A DNA stretch of 64,000 bases from Escherichia coli (GCF_044324875.1 NZ_CP172185.1); one strand, 5' to 3'. Positions 34,494-46,277 are shown, numbered from the stretch's first letter. Notes: generated from the sequence alone by a model not told the origin. Numbers and translations are program-made.

Positions 34494-34967
34494 TCAAAGT
34501 AATTTAAAGAGGTCCACAGCAGGCTCTGTCGGGACGCCCTGAACGAAGCATTCCACCCCAGCGGCTTTCAGGTCGTTAAATGCTGCGATATCGCCCGCAT
34601 CCACAGAAACCGTTTTGGCGATTTGTTGCTTGCCATTGGCGTAGTGCATATTGCCAACGTTAATGCGATTCACCGGAACGCCACCTTTCACCAGCGTCAG
34701 GAAATCGGCAGGTGTTTTACAAACCAGCAGGATTTTCTGTCGATCGGCGGCGCGATGAATGTTGTCGATGACTTTTTGCAGCGTCCAGAAACGTACGGCG
34801 ATCCCTTCTGCCAGTACCATTTCCATCAGGTTTTGTTGTACCGGATCTTCGGCAACCTCATCGTTGGCTACCAGCACCAGATTTGCCCCCGCAAATCCGA
34901 CCCACTGAACGCCGACCTGACCGTGAATCAAGCGTTCATCAATCCGGCTTAAAACAATATTTGGCAT
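34494..34967 (-). CDS. agaV: PTS N-acetylgalactosamine-specific EIIB component AgaV (157 aa)
   Basis: Mannose-family IIB (MPNIVLSRIDERLIHGQVG...); internal ATG chosen. Confidence 0.88.
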   Translation of the reverse strand: MPNIVLSRIDERLIHGQVGVQWVGFAGANLVLVANDEVAEDPVQQNLMEMVLAEGIAVRFWTLQKVIDNIHRAADRQKILLVCKTPADFLTLVKGGVPVNRINVGNMHYANGKQQIAKTVSVDAGDIAAFNDLKAAGVECFVQGVPTEPAVDLFKLL

Positions 34968-34989
34968 AGCGTGTTCCTCTTTGTTTTGC

Positions 34990-36270
34990 TTATTGGCCTT
35001 CACAGGCTGTGTGGTACTGCGCCAGGATGTCCTGAATATGGTTGATAATGAGTTCCCGTGGCGTCGGTTGCAGCTTGCCGGAGCGAACTTTCACGTATTG
35101 CAGCGGCAGATACTGGCTGATGAGCGGTAGCGGAATTGGTGAATCCGCCAGATTACGAACCAGATGAGCGAAAGCGTCATCAATCTGGCTGTCCGGCCAG
35201 TAATAGCGCACGCGATCCGAGTAGCTATAACCACGCGCCAGGCGACGTGCGTTGCCGTCACCGTGGTAGTGGCTTTGCCAGTATTCCGGGCGGTCGAGCA
35301 TCACGTTTTCCAGCACCTGACGCAGACCGGAACAGGCTTTCGCTGGTACCAGTTCTTCTTCAATCGCCGCCAGAGAGAACAGAGCTTCACGCAGGGCGAA
35401 GGTCAGCGCCGGGCCAACTTTCAGAATGGCAAAGTGGTCAATCACCAGCTGGCGCAGCGATTGCGGCGTTTGATAATCGGTAGAGTGCGCTTCGAAAATC
35501 AGCGTTTCGTAGTTTTCGACCATCTGGCTTAAGGCGCTCGCTTTGGCGGGCTGATAATCAATAACGTTGGTGTGATCGAATTCGACGCCGGGTTGAACCA
35601 CCAGGGCAATGATGCGTGACCAGATGGCATTCAAACCTTGCTTTTCAAAGGCGTGACGATGGGCTTCCAGCGTGGCGCGGGCGGCATCCGGCGTGGTGAC
35701 CGCCAGCTCGCTTAAGGTTTCATGCGCGCCGCCAGGTACCGGTACTTCGGTACCAATGACATACTCCAGATCGGCTTCGCCAAAGTGTTCAAGACAGGTT
35801 TCTTCCGCCACTTTCGCCAGACGTGCGGCGCGTTCAGCCACGATGTCATCAGTTAAGGGAATTGGATCGTCCTGACAGGACATGCTGCAATCAAGGTGAA
35901 TTTTTTTGAATCCTGCCGCCACGTAGCTTTTAATCAAATCATCGGCATTGGCCATTGCCTGAGCGGCTGGCAGGTTTTGCCAGCGGTTTGGCCCCAGATG
36001 GTCGCCACCCAGAATCAACGCATCCTGTGGGAAATTCAACGAGTCGGCGAGCTGACAAACAAAGCCGCGAAAATCGGCGGGCGTCATTCCGGTATAACCG
36101 CCGAACTGGTCCACCTGATTGGAGGTTGCTTCAATCAGTAACGGCGTTTGGTTTGCACTGGCGTAGCGGATTGCAGCTTCCAGCACCAGCGGATGTGCGG
36201 AACAAACGGCATAAATCCCATTTGTTTTGCCCTCTTTGTGCTGTCTCACCATTTCTGTCAGATGTTTCAC
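34990..36270 (-). CDS. kbaZ: Tagatose-6-phosphate kinase-like protein KbaZ/AgaZ (426 aa)
   Basis: GatZ/KbaZ family; first gene of the agaZVWEFA operon. Confidence 0.92.
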   Translation of the reverse strand: MKHLTEMVRQHKEGKTNGIYAVCSAHPLVLEAAIRYASANQTPLLIEATSNQVDQFGGYTGMTPADFRGFVCQLADSLNFPQDALILGGDHLGPNRWQNLPAAQAMANADDLIKSYVAAGFKKIHLDCSMSCQDDPIPLTDDIVAERAARLAKVAEETCLEHFGEADLEYVIGTEVPVPGGAHETLSELAVTTPDAARATLEAHRHAFEKQGLNAIWSRIIALVVQPGVEFDHTNVIDYQPAKASALSQMVENYETLIFEAHSTDYQTPQSLRQLVIDHFAILKVGPALTFALREALFSLAAIEEELVPAKACSGLRQVLENVMLDRPEYWQSHYHGDGNARRLARGYSYSDRVRYYWPDSQIDDAFAHLVRNLADSPIPLPLISQYLPLQYVKVRSGKLQPTPRELIINHIQDILAQYHTACEGQ

Positions 36271-36518
36271 TTTCCTCTCCAGTTCAGATTACTGCGATAT
36301 TAATCTTTCGTTTTGTTTCAGTTGATACTGCGCCATGGTGAGATAAAAATAAAACGAAAGATAATAGTTTTCTGATCTGATTCACAAAAGAAACATAATG
36401 AAAGCCACTGAAACGAGAGTAGCTTGCGCCAATGGGTAAGGTGGGCTTGCATTTGCTTAATAGAAAGGCGTTAATAGGCAAAACGAAATGAAACGAAAGT
36501 TTTACGAAAGGACTTACT
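36271..36518. promoter_or_regulatory. Divergent kbaZ/agaR control region with repeated AgaR-operator-like motifs
   Basis: Multiple copies of (a)aacgaaag / ctttcgttt-type repeats (aaaataaaacgaaag, atgaaacgaaag, tacgaaag), typical of DeoR-type AgaR operators. Confidence 0.55.
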
Positions 36519-37328
36519 ATGAGTAATACCGACGCTTCAGGTGAGAAGCGAATGACAGGCACCAGCGAGCGACGAGAACAGATCATTCAGCGTCTGCGAC
36601 AGCAAGGGAGTGTGCAGGTTAACGATCTGTCGGCATTGTATGGCGTATCTACTGTGACGATCCGCAACGATCTGGCGTTTCTGGAAAAGCAGGGGATCGC
36701 TGTGCGTGCCTATGGCGGCGCGTTGATCTGCGATAGCACGACGCCGCCAGTCGAGCCATCAGTGGAAGATAAAAGCGCGCTGAACACCGCGATGAAACGC
36801 AGCGTTGCGAAAGCTGCCGTTGAGTTGATTCAGCCAGGTCATCGGGTGATCCTCGATTCCGGGACCACCACTTTTGAGATTGCTCGTCTGATGCGCAAGC
36901 ACACTGACGTAATTGCGATGACCAACGGTATGAACGTGGCTAATGCGTTGCTGGAAGCGGAAGGCGTTGAGCTGCTGATGACCGGCGGGCATTTGCGCCG
37001 TCAGTCGCAATCTTTTTACGGCGATCAGGCTGAGCAATCGCTGCAAAATTACCACTTCGATATGCTGTTTCTTGGTGTAGATGCGATCGATCTGGAGCGC
37101 GGCGTCAGCACGCATAATGAAGATGAAGCCCGTTTAAACCGCCGGATGTGCGAAGTTGCGGAACGGATCATCGTGGTCACCGATTCCAGTAAATTCAATC
37201 GTTCCAGTTTACATAAGATCATTGATACTCAACGTATCGACATGATCATTGTTGATGAAGGCATTCCTGCGGATAGCCTGGAAGGGCTGCGAAAGGCTGG
37301 GGTTGAAGTGATTCTGGTCGGGGAGTGA
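36519..37328 (+). CDS. agaR: DeoR-family transcriptional repressor AgaR (269 aa)
   Basis: N-terminal HTH and C-terminal DeoR sugar-binding domain; divergent from kbaZ. Confidence 0.93.
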   Translation: MSNTDASGEKRMTGTSERREQIIQRLRQQGSVQVNDLSALYGVSTVTIRNDLAFLEKQGIAVRAYGGALICDSTTPPVEPSVEDKSALNTAMKRSVAKAAVELIQPGHRVILDSGTTTFEIARLMRKHTDVIAMTNGMNVANALLEAEGVELLMTGGHLRRQSQSFYGDQAEQSLQNYHFDMLFLGVDAIDLERGVSTHNEDEARLNRRMCEVAERIIVVTDSSKFNRSSLHKIIDTQRIDMIIVDEGIPADSLEGLRKAGVEVILVGE

Positions 37329-37382
37329 GAAAGGGTGCCCGCTGGTCAACACGAATGCGTTCGGCGGGCATTGTGAATACCA

Positions 37383-37847
37383 TCAATCGGTTTCTTCTGT
37401 CTCTCGGGTGAGGGTTTCCCAGTCGGCAGGAGGATGTCCTCTTTTTAACATTTTGCTGAATACGGTATAAGCATCTGTTTTTTTACCGTAGGTGCGCAGA
37501 GTGTTTTCATCGTTCATCCATCCCAGAATGATGACTTTCTCTTTTTCACTATAACGAAAGAAGAGACGATAACGACCAGCACCAAATTTTACCCGTGACC
37601 AGTCTTTATTTTTCCCAGAGCCTAACGACTTGCCATGACGGAATGCCGGTGATGATGGATTGACCGTGATATGCTCCTCAATCACTTTATGGACTACCGC
37701 CAATAACTTTGTGGCGGCTTTTCTCTGATAATTTTCAGGATCTTTTCCCTTTAATGTCTCGACTTCGGCAACTAAAGCGTCGTAGGTTTCCTGAAAACAG
37801 GGATGAGCATATAGCGCCCAACCATTAACCCTTTGTGGAAAATCCAT
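37383..37847 (-). CDS. yhaV: Type II toxin YhaV (ribosome-dependent mRNA interferase, 154 aa)
   Basis: Translation matches YhaV; start overlaps prlF stop (ATGA). Confidence 0.93.
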   Translation of the reverse strand: MDFPQRVNGWALYAHPCFQETYDALVAEVETLKGKDPENYQRKAATKLLAVVHKVIEEHITVNPSSPAFRHGKSLGSGKNKDWSRVKFGAGRYRLFFRYSEKEKVIILGWMNDENTLRTYGKKTDAYTVFSKMLKRGHPPADWETLTRETEETD

Positions 37848-38182
37848 TATTCGTCGTCGCCAATCTCATCATCAATGTTGACGTCCATGCCAGCGACAAG
37901 TTTCTTTCCTTGTTGAATGTTGAATGGACGAGTTTTTTGCGGGTTGTTCTGGATATCTGCATCCAGAAAACGCAAAAATGCATTCATAGTATGATCCTCC
38001 TGTTCATCTCCCAGTCGGCACATAAATACTTGCCCATCAGGCAGAATTTCGTAATGAATGCTGTCCTGGCCTGGCTTCAGTTTTAAGGCCTCACGCACTG
38101 GCGCGGGGATAGTTGTTTGTCCGCGTATCGTGACCTTTGATTCAGTGGTCAGTACAGCGTGAGAGCGAGCATTAGCGGGCAT
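37847..38182 (-). CDS. prlF: Type II antitoxin PrlF/SohA (AbrB-fold, 111 aa)
   Basis: Translation matches PrlF; acidic C-terminal tail DDEIGDDE. Confidence 0.93.
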   Translation of the reverse strand: MPANARSHAVLTTESKVTIRGQTTIPAPVREALKLKPGQDSIHYEILPDGQVFMCRLGDEQEDHTMNAFLRFLDADIQNNPQKTRPFNIQQGKKLVAGMDVNIDDEIGDDE

Positions 38183-38281
38183 GATTCACTGTCCTTTTAC
38201 AGCCTGTTTTCTGCTCAAATTATAAGCTTGAACTAAGGTAATGCAAATGCATTATTAATGGACGTGGGGACTTTAAACAAT

Positions 38282-38308
38282 AAAAACATGGCACTAAGGC
38301 CATGTTTT
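38282..38308 (-). terminator. garD intrinsic terminator (hairpin with T-tracts on both strands)
   Basis: aacatggc-actaa-gccatgtt perfect stem flanked by T-runs on both strands, downstream of the garD stop. Confidence 0.55.
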
Positions 38309-38330
38309 GCGAGGGACGTTCCAAAAGAAA

Positions 38331-39902
38331 TCAGGTCACCGGTGCCGGGTTAAACACCGCCAGCTGGTTATGCAGCCCCCATTGATCCGAGAAGGTTTTC
38401 TTTTTCCCGCTGGCGACGTCGAGAATAAAGTGGAACAACTTCCAGCCCACCTCTTCAATGCTCTCTTCGCCGGTAGCGATAGTGCCCGCGTTAATATCCA
38501 TTAAATCAAACCAGCGGTTCGCCAGCTCGGTGCGGGTTGCCATTTTAATGACGGGTACCGCCATCAAGCCGTACGGCGTACCACGGCCGGTCGTAAACAC
38601 TTGCACGGTGATACCCGAAGCCACCTGTTGCGTGCCACAGACAAAATCGCTGGCTGGCGTCGCGGCGTAAATTAATCCGCGTTTAGTCGGGCGTTGACCG
38701 GGCGACAGCACTTCAACAATTGCACTTTTACCTGATTTAGCAATGGAGCCGAGTGCCTTCTCTACCACGTTTGCCAGACCGCCTTTCTTGTTGCCCGGCG
38801 AAGGGTTGGCGCTACGGTCGGTTTTTCCCATATTGAGATAGTTATCGTACCACTCCATCTCCTCCAGCAGCCGTTTGCCGACCTCTTCGTTCACTGCGCG
38901 TGGTGTCAGCAGATGGATCGCGTCACGCACTTCCGTGACTTCTGAAAACATCACCGTTGCGCCGCAGCGCACCAGTAGATCAGACGCATACCCAACCGCC
39001 GGGTTTGCCGTTACGCCAGAAAACGCATCGCTACCGCCGCACTGCATGCCGACAACCAGTTCTGAAGCCGGACAGGTTTCTCGCTGCCGTTGATTCAGTT
39101 TGTGCAAATGGCGTTCGGCGACCTGCAAAATATCCTCGACCATGGACTGAAAACCGACATGTTTTTCATCCTGCAAACTGACAATGCTGGCGCTTTCTAC
39201 TGGAATAGCTTGCACATCATCCGTTCCAGTCAGCAGGCGCTCAGGCTGCAACTTTTCACAACCCAGACCAATCACCATTACTTCGCCGCCAAAGTTAGGG
39301 TTCAGCGAAATATTGTGAATGGTACGAATAGGCACAACTGCCGCCGGTGCGTTAATCGCCACGCCACAACCGTACAAATGATTCAGCCCCACCACGCCAT
39401 CGACGTTCGGGTATTTCGGTAGCAGATCGCGTTCAATGATTTTTACTACATAGTCCACCACGCCTGCCACACAGTGGACGCTGGTGGTGATGCCGAGCAG
39501 GTTTTTGGTGCCCACGCTGCCATCGGCATTGCGATAGCCCTCAAAGGTGTATCCTTCCAGCGGCGGTAAGGGTGCCGGGACTTTGGTTGCCAGTGGCAGC
39601 GTGTGTAACGGTGGCGCTTCCGGTAGTACAACCATTGATTCGTCGATCCAGCTTCCGCGTGGGATTGCGCGCACGGCGTAACCAATCACTTCGCCATAAC
39701 GAATAATTTCACCATTAGCCGGAATGTCCAGCAATGCGACTTTATGCCCCTGGGGAATATGTTCAATTAATTCCAGCCCATCCGGAAAACGCGTTCCTGC
39801 TTTCAGGCCATTATCATTAACAATAATTGCCACATTATCTGTGTCGTGAACTTTTATATAAAACGCAGTTGGCGTTTCTTGTCTGATTTCGATGTTGGCC
39901 AT
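38331..39902 (-). CDS. garD: D-galactarate dehydratase GarD (523 aa)
   Basis: Translation matches GarD (SAF domain plus dehydratase domain). Confidence 0.95.
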   Translation of the reverse strand: MANIEIRQETPTAFYIKVHDTDNVAIIVNDNGLKAGTRFPDGLELIEHIPQGHKVALLDIPANGEIIRYGEVIGYAVRAIPRGSWIDESMVVLPEAPPLHTLPLATKVPAPLPPLEGYTFEGYRNADGSVGTKNLLGITTSVHCVAGVVDYVVKIIERDLLPKYPNVDGVVGLNHLYGCGVAINAPAAVVPIRTIHNISLNPNFGGEVMVIGLGCEKLQPERLLTGTDDVQAIPVESASIVSLQDEKHVGFQSMVEDILQVAERHLHKLNQRQRETCPASELVVGMQCGGSDAFSGVTANPAVGYASDLLVRCGATVMFSEVTEVRDAIHLLTPRAVNEEVGKRLLEEMEWYDNYLNMGKTDRSANPSPGNKKGGLANVVEKALGSIAKSGKSAIVEVLSPGQRPTKRGLIYAATPASDFVCGTQQVASGITVQVFTTGRGTPYGLMAVPVIKMATRTELANRWFDLMDINAGTIATGEESIEEVGWKLFHFILDVASGKKKTFSDQWGLHNQLAVFNPAPVT

Positions 39903-40276
39903 TGTGCAATATTCTCCAGCCAGGGGTTATTAAAATGAGGACCTTGTCTCATTTAAAAATAAATGACTTCATTGGGTGAAATAAGAATGTCAGGAGTTTA
40001 AACGCAGAAATGTGATCAATGTCAATCATTTCAGGGATTGCAGTGCCGCCCGGTAAGGTAAAGCGCAAATCTGTGCTTTAGCGCGCAACCTTATGTGCAT
40101 ATGCTCAAAATAATATTTAAATAGTACTGATTAAATTAGCATTTGCACAATGATTATTATTCTCCCGCTGCTTATACTAATTCCCGAGTTCATTGTCGTA
40201 ACGGCATAAATAAAACTCATAAATAACACCTTCCCCATAATAATAAAAATCAGCATAAGTACCCGAGGTAAATAAA

Positions 40277-41611
40277 ATGATTCTGGACACCGTTGACGTA
40301 AAAAAGAAAGGCGTGCATACCCGCTATTTAATATTACTGATTATTTTTATTGTTACCGCCGTTAACTACGCCGATCGTGCAACGCTGTCTATTGCTGGTA
40401 CCGAAGTGGCAAAAGAGTTGCAGTTAAGTGCGGTTTCGATGGGTTACATCTTCTCCGCTTTTGGCTGGGCCTACCTGCTGATGCAAATCCCCGGCGGCTG
40501 GCTGCTTGATAAGTTTGGTTCGAAAAAAGTTTACACCTACAGCCTCTTTTTCTGGTCGCTATTCACCTTCCTGCAAGGCTTTGTTGATATGTTCCCGCTG
40601 GCCTGGGCAGGGATCTCCATGTTCTTTATGCGCTTTATGCTGGGGTTCTCGGAAGCGCCATCATTCCCGGCGAACGCCCGTATTGTCGCCGCCTGGTTCC
40701 CAACGAAAGAACGTGGTACTGCCTCCGCCATCTTTAACTCGGCGCAATATTTCTCGCTGGCGCTCTTTTCGCCGCTGCTTGGCTGGCTGACTTTCGCCTG
40801 GGGCTGGGAGCACGTCTTTACCGTTATGGGGGTAATTGGTTTTGTGCTGACGGCGCTGTGGATCAAGTTGATTCATAACCCGACAGATCACCCACGTATG
40901 TCTGCGGAAGAGCTGAAGTTTATCTCAGAAAATGGCGCGGTGGTCGATATGGACCATAAAAAGCCGGGCAGTGCGGCAGCAAGCGGTCCCAAACTGCATT
41001 ACATCAAGCAATTGCTCTCTAACCGCATGATGCTGGGCGTATTTTTCGGACAATATTTTATCAACACCATCACCTGGTTTTTCCTCACCTGGTTCCCAAT
41101 TTATCTGGTGCAGGAAAAAGGCATGTCGATTCTGAAAGTGGGTCTGGTCGCCTCGATTCCGGCACTGTGTGGCTTTGCGGGCGGCGTGCTGGGAGGTGTC
41201 TTCTCGGATTATCTGATCAAACGCGGTTTGTCCCTGACCCTGGCACGTAAGCTACCGATTGTGCTGGGAATGTTGCTGGCTTCCACCATCATCTTATGTA
41301 ACTACACCAACAACACCACGCTGGTGGTCATGCTGATGGCGCTGGCTTTCTTTGGCAAAGGATTTGGTGCGCTGGGCTGGCCGGTAATTTCTGACACCGC
41401 GCCGAAAGAGATTGTTGGCCTCTGCGGCGGCGTCTTTAACGTCTTTGGCAATGTTGCCTCCATTGTCACTCCACTGGTGATTGGTTATCTGGTAAGTGAA
41501 CTGCACTCCTTCAATGCAGCACTGGTTTTCGTGGGATGTTCAGCGCTGATGGCGATGGTCTGCTACCTCTTTGTAGTTGGCGACATTAAACGTATGGAAT
41601 TGCAGAAATAA
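40277..41611 (+). CDS. garP: MFS galactarate/glucarate transporter GarP (444 aa)
   Basis: 12-TM MFS anion:cation symporter family. Confidence 0.93.
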   Translation: MILDTVDVKKKGVHTRYLILLIIFIVTAVNYADRATLSIAGTEVAKELQLSAVSMGYIFSAFGWAYLLMQIPGGWLLDKFGSKKVYTYSLFFWSLFTFLQGFVDMFPLAWAGISMFFMRFMLGFSEAPSFPANARIVAAWFPTKERGTASAIFNSAQYFSLALFSPLLGWLTFAWGWEHVFTVMGVIGFVLTALWIKLIHNPTDHPRMSAEELKFISENGAVVDMDHKKPGSAAASGPKLHYIKQLLSNRMMLGVFFGQYFINTITWFFLTWFPIYLVQEKGMSILKVGLVASIPALCGFAGGVLGGVFSDYLIKRGLSLTLARKLPIVLGMLLASTIILCNYTNNTTLVVMLMALAFFGKGFGALGWPVISDTAPKEIVGLCGGVFNVFGNVASIVTPLVIGYLVSELHSFNAALVFVGCSALMAMVCYLFVVGDIKRMELQK

Positions 41612-41626
41612 GCAAAGGTATAAGCG

Positions 41627-42397
41627 ATGAATAACGATGTTTTCCCGAATAAATTCAAAGCCGCACTGGCTGCGAAACAGGTACAAATTGGTTGCTGGTC
41701 AGCACTCTCTAACCCGATTAGCACTGAAGTTCTTGGTTTGGCTGGGTTTGACTGGCTGGTGCTGGATGGCGAACATGCGCCAAACGATATCTCCACGTTT
41801 ATTCCGCAGTTAATGGCCCTGAAAGGCAGCGCCAGCGCGCCAGTAGTGCGAGTGCCGACCAACGAGCCGGTAATTATTAAGCGTCTTCTGGATATCGGTT
41901 TCTATAACTTCCTGATTCCTTTTGTAGAAACAAAAGAGGAAGCAGAGCAGGCGGTGGCATCAACCCGTTACCCACCGGAAGGCATTCGCGGCGTCTCCGT
42001 TTCTCACCGCGCCAATATGTTTGGCACCGTGGCGGATTATTTCGCTCAGTCGAACAAGAACATCACCATTCTGGTCCAGATAGAAAGTCAGCAGGGCGTA
42101 GATAACGTCGATGCCATTGCCGCTACCGAAGGCGTAGACGGTATCTTCGTCGGCCCCAGCGATCTGGCTGCGGCATTAGGCCATCTCGGCAATGCCTCGC
42201 ACCCGGATGTACAAAAAGCAATTCAGCATATTTTTAACCGTGCCAGTGCGCACGGCAAACCCAGCGGTATCCTCGCACCGGTCGAAGCCGATGCGCGTCG
42301 TTATCTGGAATGGGGTGCGACGTTTGTGGCTGTCGGCAGCGATCTCGGCGTCTTCCGCTCTGCCACTCAGAAACTGGCTGATACCTTTAAAAAATAA
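41627..42397 (+). CDS. garL: 2-dehydro-3-deoxy-glucarate/galactarate aldolase GarL (256 aa)
   Basis: HpcH/HpaI aldolase family; translation matches GarL. Confidence 0.95.
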
Positions 42398-42432
42398 CCA
42401 CCACCGCAACAAGAGAGATGATTGATATGACT

Positions 42433-43317
42433 ATGAAAGTTGGTTTTATTGGCCTGGGGATTATGGGTAAACCAATGAGTAAAAACCTTCTGAAAGCAGG
42501 TTACTCGCTGGTGGTTGCTGACCGTAACCCAGAAGCTATTGCTGACGTGATTGCTGCAGGTGCAGAAACAGCCTCTACGGCTAAAGCGATCGCTGAACAG
42601 TGCGACGTCATCATAACCATGCTACCAAACTCCCCTCATGTGAAAGAGGTGGCGCTGGGTGAGAATGGCATTATTGAAGGCGCGAAGCCTGGTACGGTAT
42701 TGATCGATATGAGTTCTATCGCACCGCTGGCAAGCCGTGAAATCAGCGAAGCGCTGAAAGCGAAAGGCATTGATATGCTGGATGCTCCGGTGAGCGGCGG
42801 TGAACCGAAAGCTATCGACGGTACGCTGTCAGTGATGGTGGGCGGCGACAAGGCTATTTTCGACAAATACTATGATTTGATGAAAGCAATGGCGGGTTCC
42901 GTGGTGCATACCGGGGAAATTGGTGCAGGTAACGTTACCAAACTGGCGAATCAGGTCATTGTGGCGCTGAATATTGCCGCGATGTCAGAAGCGTTAACGC
43001 TGGCAACCAAAGCGGGCGTTAACCCGGATTTGGTGTATCAGGCAATTCGCGGTGGACTGGCGGGCAGTACCGTGCTGGATGCCAAAGCGCCGATGGTGAT
43101 GGACCGCAACTTCAAGCCGGGCTTCCGTATTGATCTGCATATTAAGGATCTGGCAAATGCGCTGGATACTTCCCACGGCGTCGGCGCGCAACTGCCGCTC
43201 ACAGCTGCGGTTATGGAGATGATGCAGGCAGTGCGAGCAGATGGTTTAGGAACGGCAGATCATAGCGCCCTGGCGTGCTACTACGAAAAACTGGCGAAAG
43301 TCGAAGTTACTCGTTAA
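42433..43317 (+). CDS. garR: Tartronate semialdehyde reductase GarR
   Basis: GFIGLGIMG NAD-binding motif; start uncertain among in-frame ATGs at 42418, 42427 and 42433. Confidence 0.9.
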   Translation: MKVGFIGLGIMGKPMSKNLLKAGYSLVVADRNPEAIADVIAAGAETASTAKAIAEQCDVIITMLPNSPHVKEVALGENGIIEGAKPGTVLIDMSSIAPLASREISEALKAKGIDMLDAPVSGGEPKAIDGTLSVMVGGDKAIFDKYYDLMKAMAGSVVHTGEIGAGNVTKLANQVIVALNIAAMSEALTLATKAGVNPDLVYQAIRGGLAGSTVLDAKAPMVMDRNFKPGFRIDLHIKDLANALDTSHGVGAQLPLTAAVMEMMQAVRADGLGTADHSALACYYEKLAKVEVTR

Positions 43318-43413
43318 TGACGTCGTGCCCGGATGGCGTATTGCAATCCGGGCCTGGAATCCAGGCCGAATAAGAGAAACGCCCTCCGGCGTCATGTGGT
43401 AACAGGCATAGGT

Positions 43414-44559
43414 ATGAAAATCGTAATCGCCCCAGACTCTTATAAAGAAAGTTTATCTGCCAGCGAGGTTGCGCAGGCGATAGAAAAAGGATTTCGGGAA
43501 ATTTTTCCTGATGCACAGTACATTTCTGTTCCGGTTGCCGACGGTGGCGAAGGAACGGTGGAAGCGATGATTGCAGCCACCCAGGGTTCCGAACGTCACG
43601 CCTGGGTTACAGGGCCGCTGGGCGAGAAAGTGAATGCCAGTTGGGGGATCTCCGGCGATGGCAAAACCGCGTTTATTGAAATGGCGGCGGCCAGTGGGCT
43701 GGAGCTGGTACCTGCGGAAAAACGTGATCCACTCGTGACCACTTCACGCGGCACAGGCGAGTTAATTCTGCAGGCGCTGGAGAGCGGCGCGACAAACATT
43801 ATTATCGGCATTGGCGGTAGCGCTACAAATGATGGCGGTGCAGGCATGGTACAGGCGCTGGGGGCGAAATTATGCGACGCCAACGGCAATGAAATTGGTT
43901 TTGGCGGCGGTAGTCTTAATACTCTGAATGATATTGATATTTCCGGCCTCGATCCCCGCTTAAAAGATTGCGTCATTCGCGTCGCTTGTGATGTCACCAA
44001 TCCGCTGGTGGGCGATAACGGTGCATCGCGCATCTTTGGCCCACAAAAGGGAGCCAGTGAAGCGATGATTGTTGAGCTGGACAATAACCTCTCTCACTAT
44101 GCCGATGTCATTAAAAAAGCGCTGCATGTTGATGTGAAAGATGTCCCCGGCGCAGGAGCTGCGGGTGGTATGGGCGCGGCGCTGATGGCGTTTCTTGGTG
44201 CGGAACTGAAAAGTGGTATTGAAATCGTCACGACGGCGCTGAATCTGGAGGAACATATTCACGATTGTACGCTGGTGATCACCGGTGAAGGGCGTATTGA
44301 CAGCCAGAGTATTCACGGCAAGGTTCCGATTGGCGTCGCAAACGTGGCGAAAAAGTACCATAAACCGGTGATTGGCATTGCGGGTAGCCTGACCAATGAT
44401 GTTGGCGTTGTACATCAGCATGGCATTGATGCGGTCTTCAGCGTATTGACCAGCATTGGTACGTTGGACGAAGCATTCCGCGGGGCTTATGACAATATTT
44501 ACCGTGCTTCACGTAATATCGCCGCGACACTGGCGATTGGAATGCGCAACGCGGGGTGA
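43414..44559 (+). CDS. garK: Glycerate 2-kinase GarK (381 aa)
   Basis: Glycerate kinase family (MKIVIAPDSYKESLSA...); internal ATG chosen. Confidence 0.9.
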   Translation: MKIVIAPDSYKESLSASEVAQAIEKGFREIFPDAQYISVPVADGGEGTVEAMIAATQGSERHAWVTGPLGEKVNASWGISGDGKTAFIEMAAASGLELVPAEKRDPLVTTSRGTGELILQALESGATNIIIGIGGSATNDGGAGMVQALGAKLCDANGNEIGFGGGSLNTLNDIDISGLDPRLKDCVIRVACDVTNPLVGDNGASRIFGPQKGASEAMIVELDNNLSHYADVIKKALHVDVKDVPGAGAAGGMGAALMAFLGAELKSGIEIVTTALNLEEHIHDCTLVITGEGRIDSQSIHGKVPIGVANVAKKYHKPVIGIAGSLTNDVGVVHQHGIDAVFSVLTSIGTLDEAFRGAYDNIYRASRNIAATLAIGMRNAG

Positions 44560-44591
44560 CAAGGGCGCGCAAACCCTCTATACTGCGCGCC

Positions 44592-44968
<377 letters not shown>

Positions 44969-44977
44969 GTTTTACGT

Positions 44978-45005
44978 AAAAACCCGCTTCGGCGGGTTTT
45001 TGCTT
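44978..45005 (+). terminator. rnpB intrinsic terminator
   Basis: aaaacccgc-ttcg-gcgggtttt hairpin followed by a T-tract. Confidence 0.7.
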
Positions 45006-45074
45006 TTGGTGCACAGGGTAAGATGAATAAATATCTACGGTATTAATAATAGACTTTGTAAGAAATTATTAAGT

Positions 45075-46277
45075 CTATATTGCATTTAAAAGGTCGTAAT
45101 CATACGTATAGTCCTCTCTGGTAAAATATTGCTTCTCTGAGTTATAAGCTTCATATGTGTTATATTTTACGACCTCAAAGCCATTGTCTGGAGAATTTTT
45201 GTCTTTCTCGATTGTATTATCTGGAAGGAATTCCTCTGAGCTAGAGTCCTCTATGTTTAAATCTGTATTGTAATTAATTTTTGGAACGATTAGATAAGCA
45301 TTTTCTTTGACTCTTTCATAATCTTTAATGATTATATCGATGTAATAATCTATTTTTTCTAATGAGAACACTTTCATCTCTGGCAATTTAATTCTGCTCA
45401 AGTAATTGTTAATTTTCGATGAGCTTTTATATATTTCTTTTGTTAATTCATTTTCTAATTGATCTGTTAGAGTTGCTCTTGGTATAGATTCTATAATTGC
45501 AAGCCTCATAATTTTTAATTGTTCTTCGGTAATATCTCCAAGCGCATTTAAACAACTTTCGACAAGCTTAATTTTTTCTTCAGAATACATATCGTTAATG
45601 CTTGTTATAACAGGCGTTATTTTTAGCAAATAATCCCATGAGATTGTGGCGTTTTGTTTTGAGCTAACGAAATTTACCTGAAACATGTTGGCATTAGTAA
45701 AATCTGTGTCATCCAATTTAAAAGGATTTAAAATTGTATTGGCCATATGTTTATCTGTAAAATCATAAAGTTCTAAATCGACATTCCGTAAGTCCAGAGA
45801 GGATAGATCAACTATACCTCCAGTCCCACAACTAAAGATTACGTTCAACCTCCTGATTTCATTGTAAATGTCTTTCAATGGGCAATTAACATTGATATTG
45901 CCTGTGGATATTTCCTGGTTTTTTAACGGTTCATTAATGGTAAGTTCACAGGTATTGTCTGATCGTTGAATAATTCGGGCGTTATAACCAAAAAAATCCA
46001 TACGAAGAGACGAATCATTATAAAGAATTACATTTTGTAAGTACGCTAATTCTTTTTGAAAATCACCAGTGATAACACATTTCCCACCTGGTTGTAACGC
46101 GTTAAGTAAAGTGACCATTTCAATAGAGGTCTGTTTTAGTTTTTCTATGCCTGGTGCTAGTGCTTCGAGGTTATTTCCTATGGGGCTTTCAGGAAGGTCA
46201 TTCATTTTTCGACGGGCTAAATCACTACTAATATCATTACCAATTGATGAAACAGGGGACATTATTTTATCCTTCAT
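45075..46277 (-). CDS. yhaC: Uncharacterised protein YhaC (AT-rich gene)
   Basis: Long Asn/Ile/Lys-rich ORF in a low-GC segment; synteny with K-12 yhaC; start may be the internal ATG at 46262. Confidence 0.8.
   Translation of the reverse strand: MKDKIMSPVSSIGNDISSDLARRKMNDLPESPIGNNLEALAPGIEKLKQTSIEMVTLLNALQPGGKCVITGDFQKELAYLQNVILYNDSSLRMDFFGYNARIIQRSDNTCELTINEPLKNQEISTGNINVNCPLKDIYNEIRRLNVIFSCGTGGIVDLSSLDLRNVDLELYDFTDKHMANTILNPFKLDDTDFTNANMFQVNFVSSKQNATISWDYLLKITPVITSINDMYSEEKIKLVESCLNALGDITEEQLKIMRLAIIESIPRATLTDQLENELTKEIYKSSSKINNYLSRIKLPEMKVFSLEKIDYYIDIIIKDYERVKENAYLIVPKINYNTDLNIEDSSSEEFLPDNTIEKDKNSPDNGFEVVKYNTYEAYNSEKQYFTREDYTYDYDLLNAI

Noticed and set aside
36271-36518. Possible CRISPR-like repeat array in the kbaZ/agaR region
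   Set aside because: Repeats are short (about 9 bp), irregularly spaced and sit in a promoter; they fit AgaR operators, not a CRISPR array. No cas genes in the window.
43318-43413. Possible REP element between garR and garK
   Set aside because: Contains gcccggatgg / ggcctggaatccaggcc palindromes but does not match the canonical REP core well; too uncertain to annotate.
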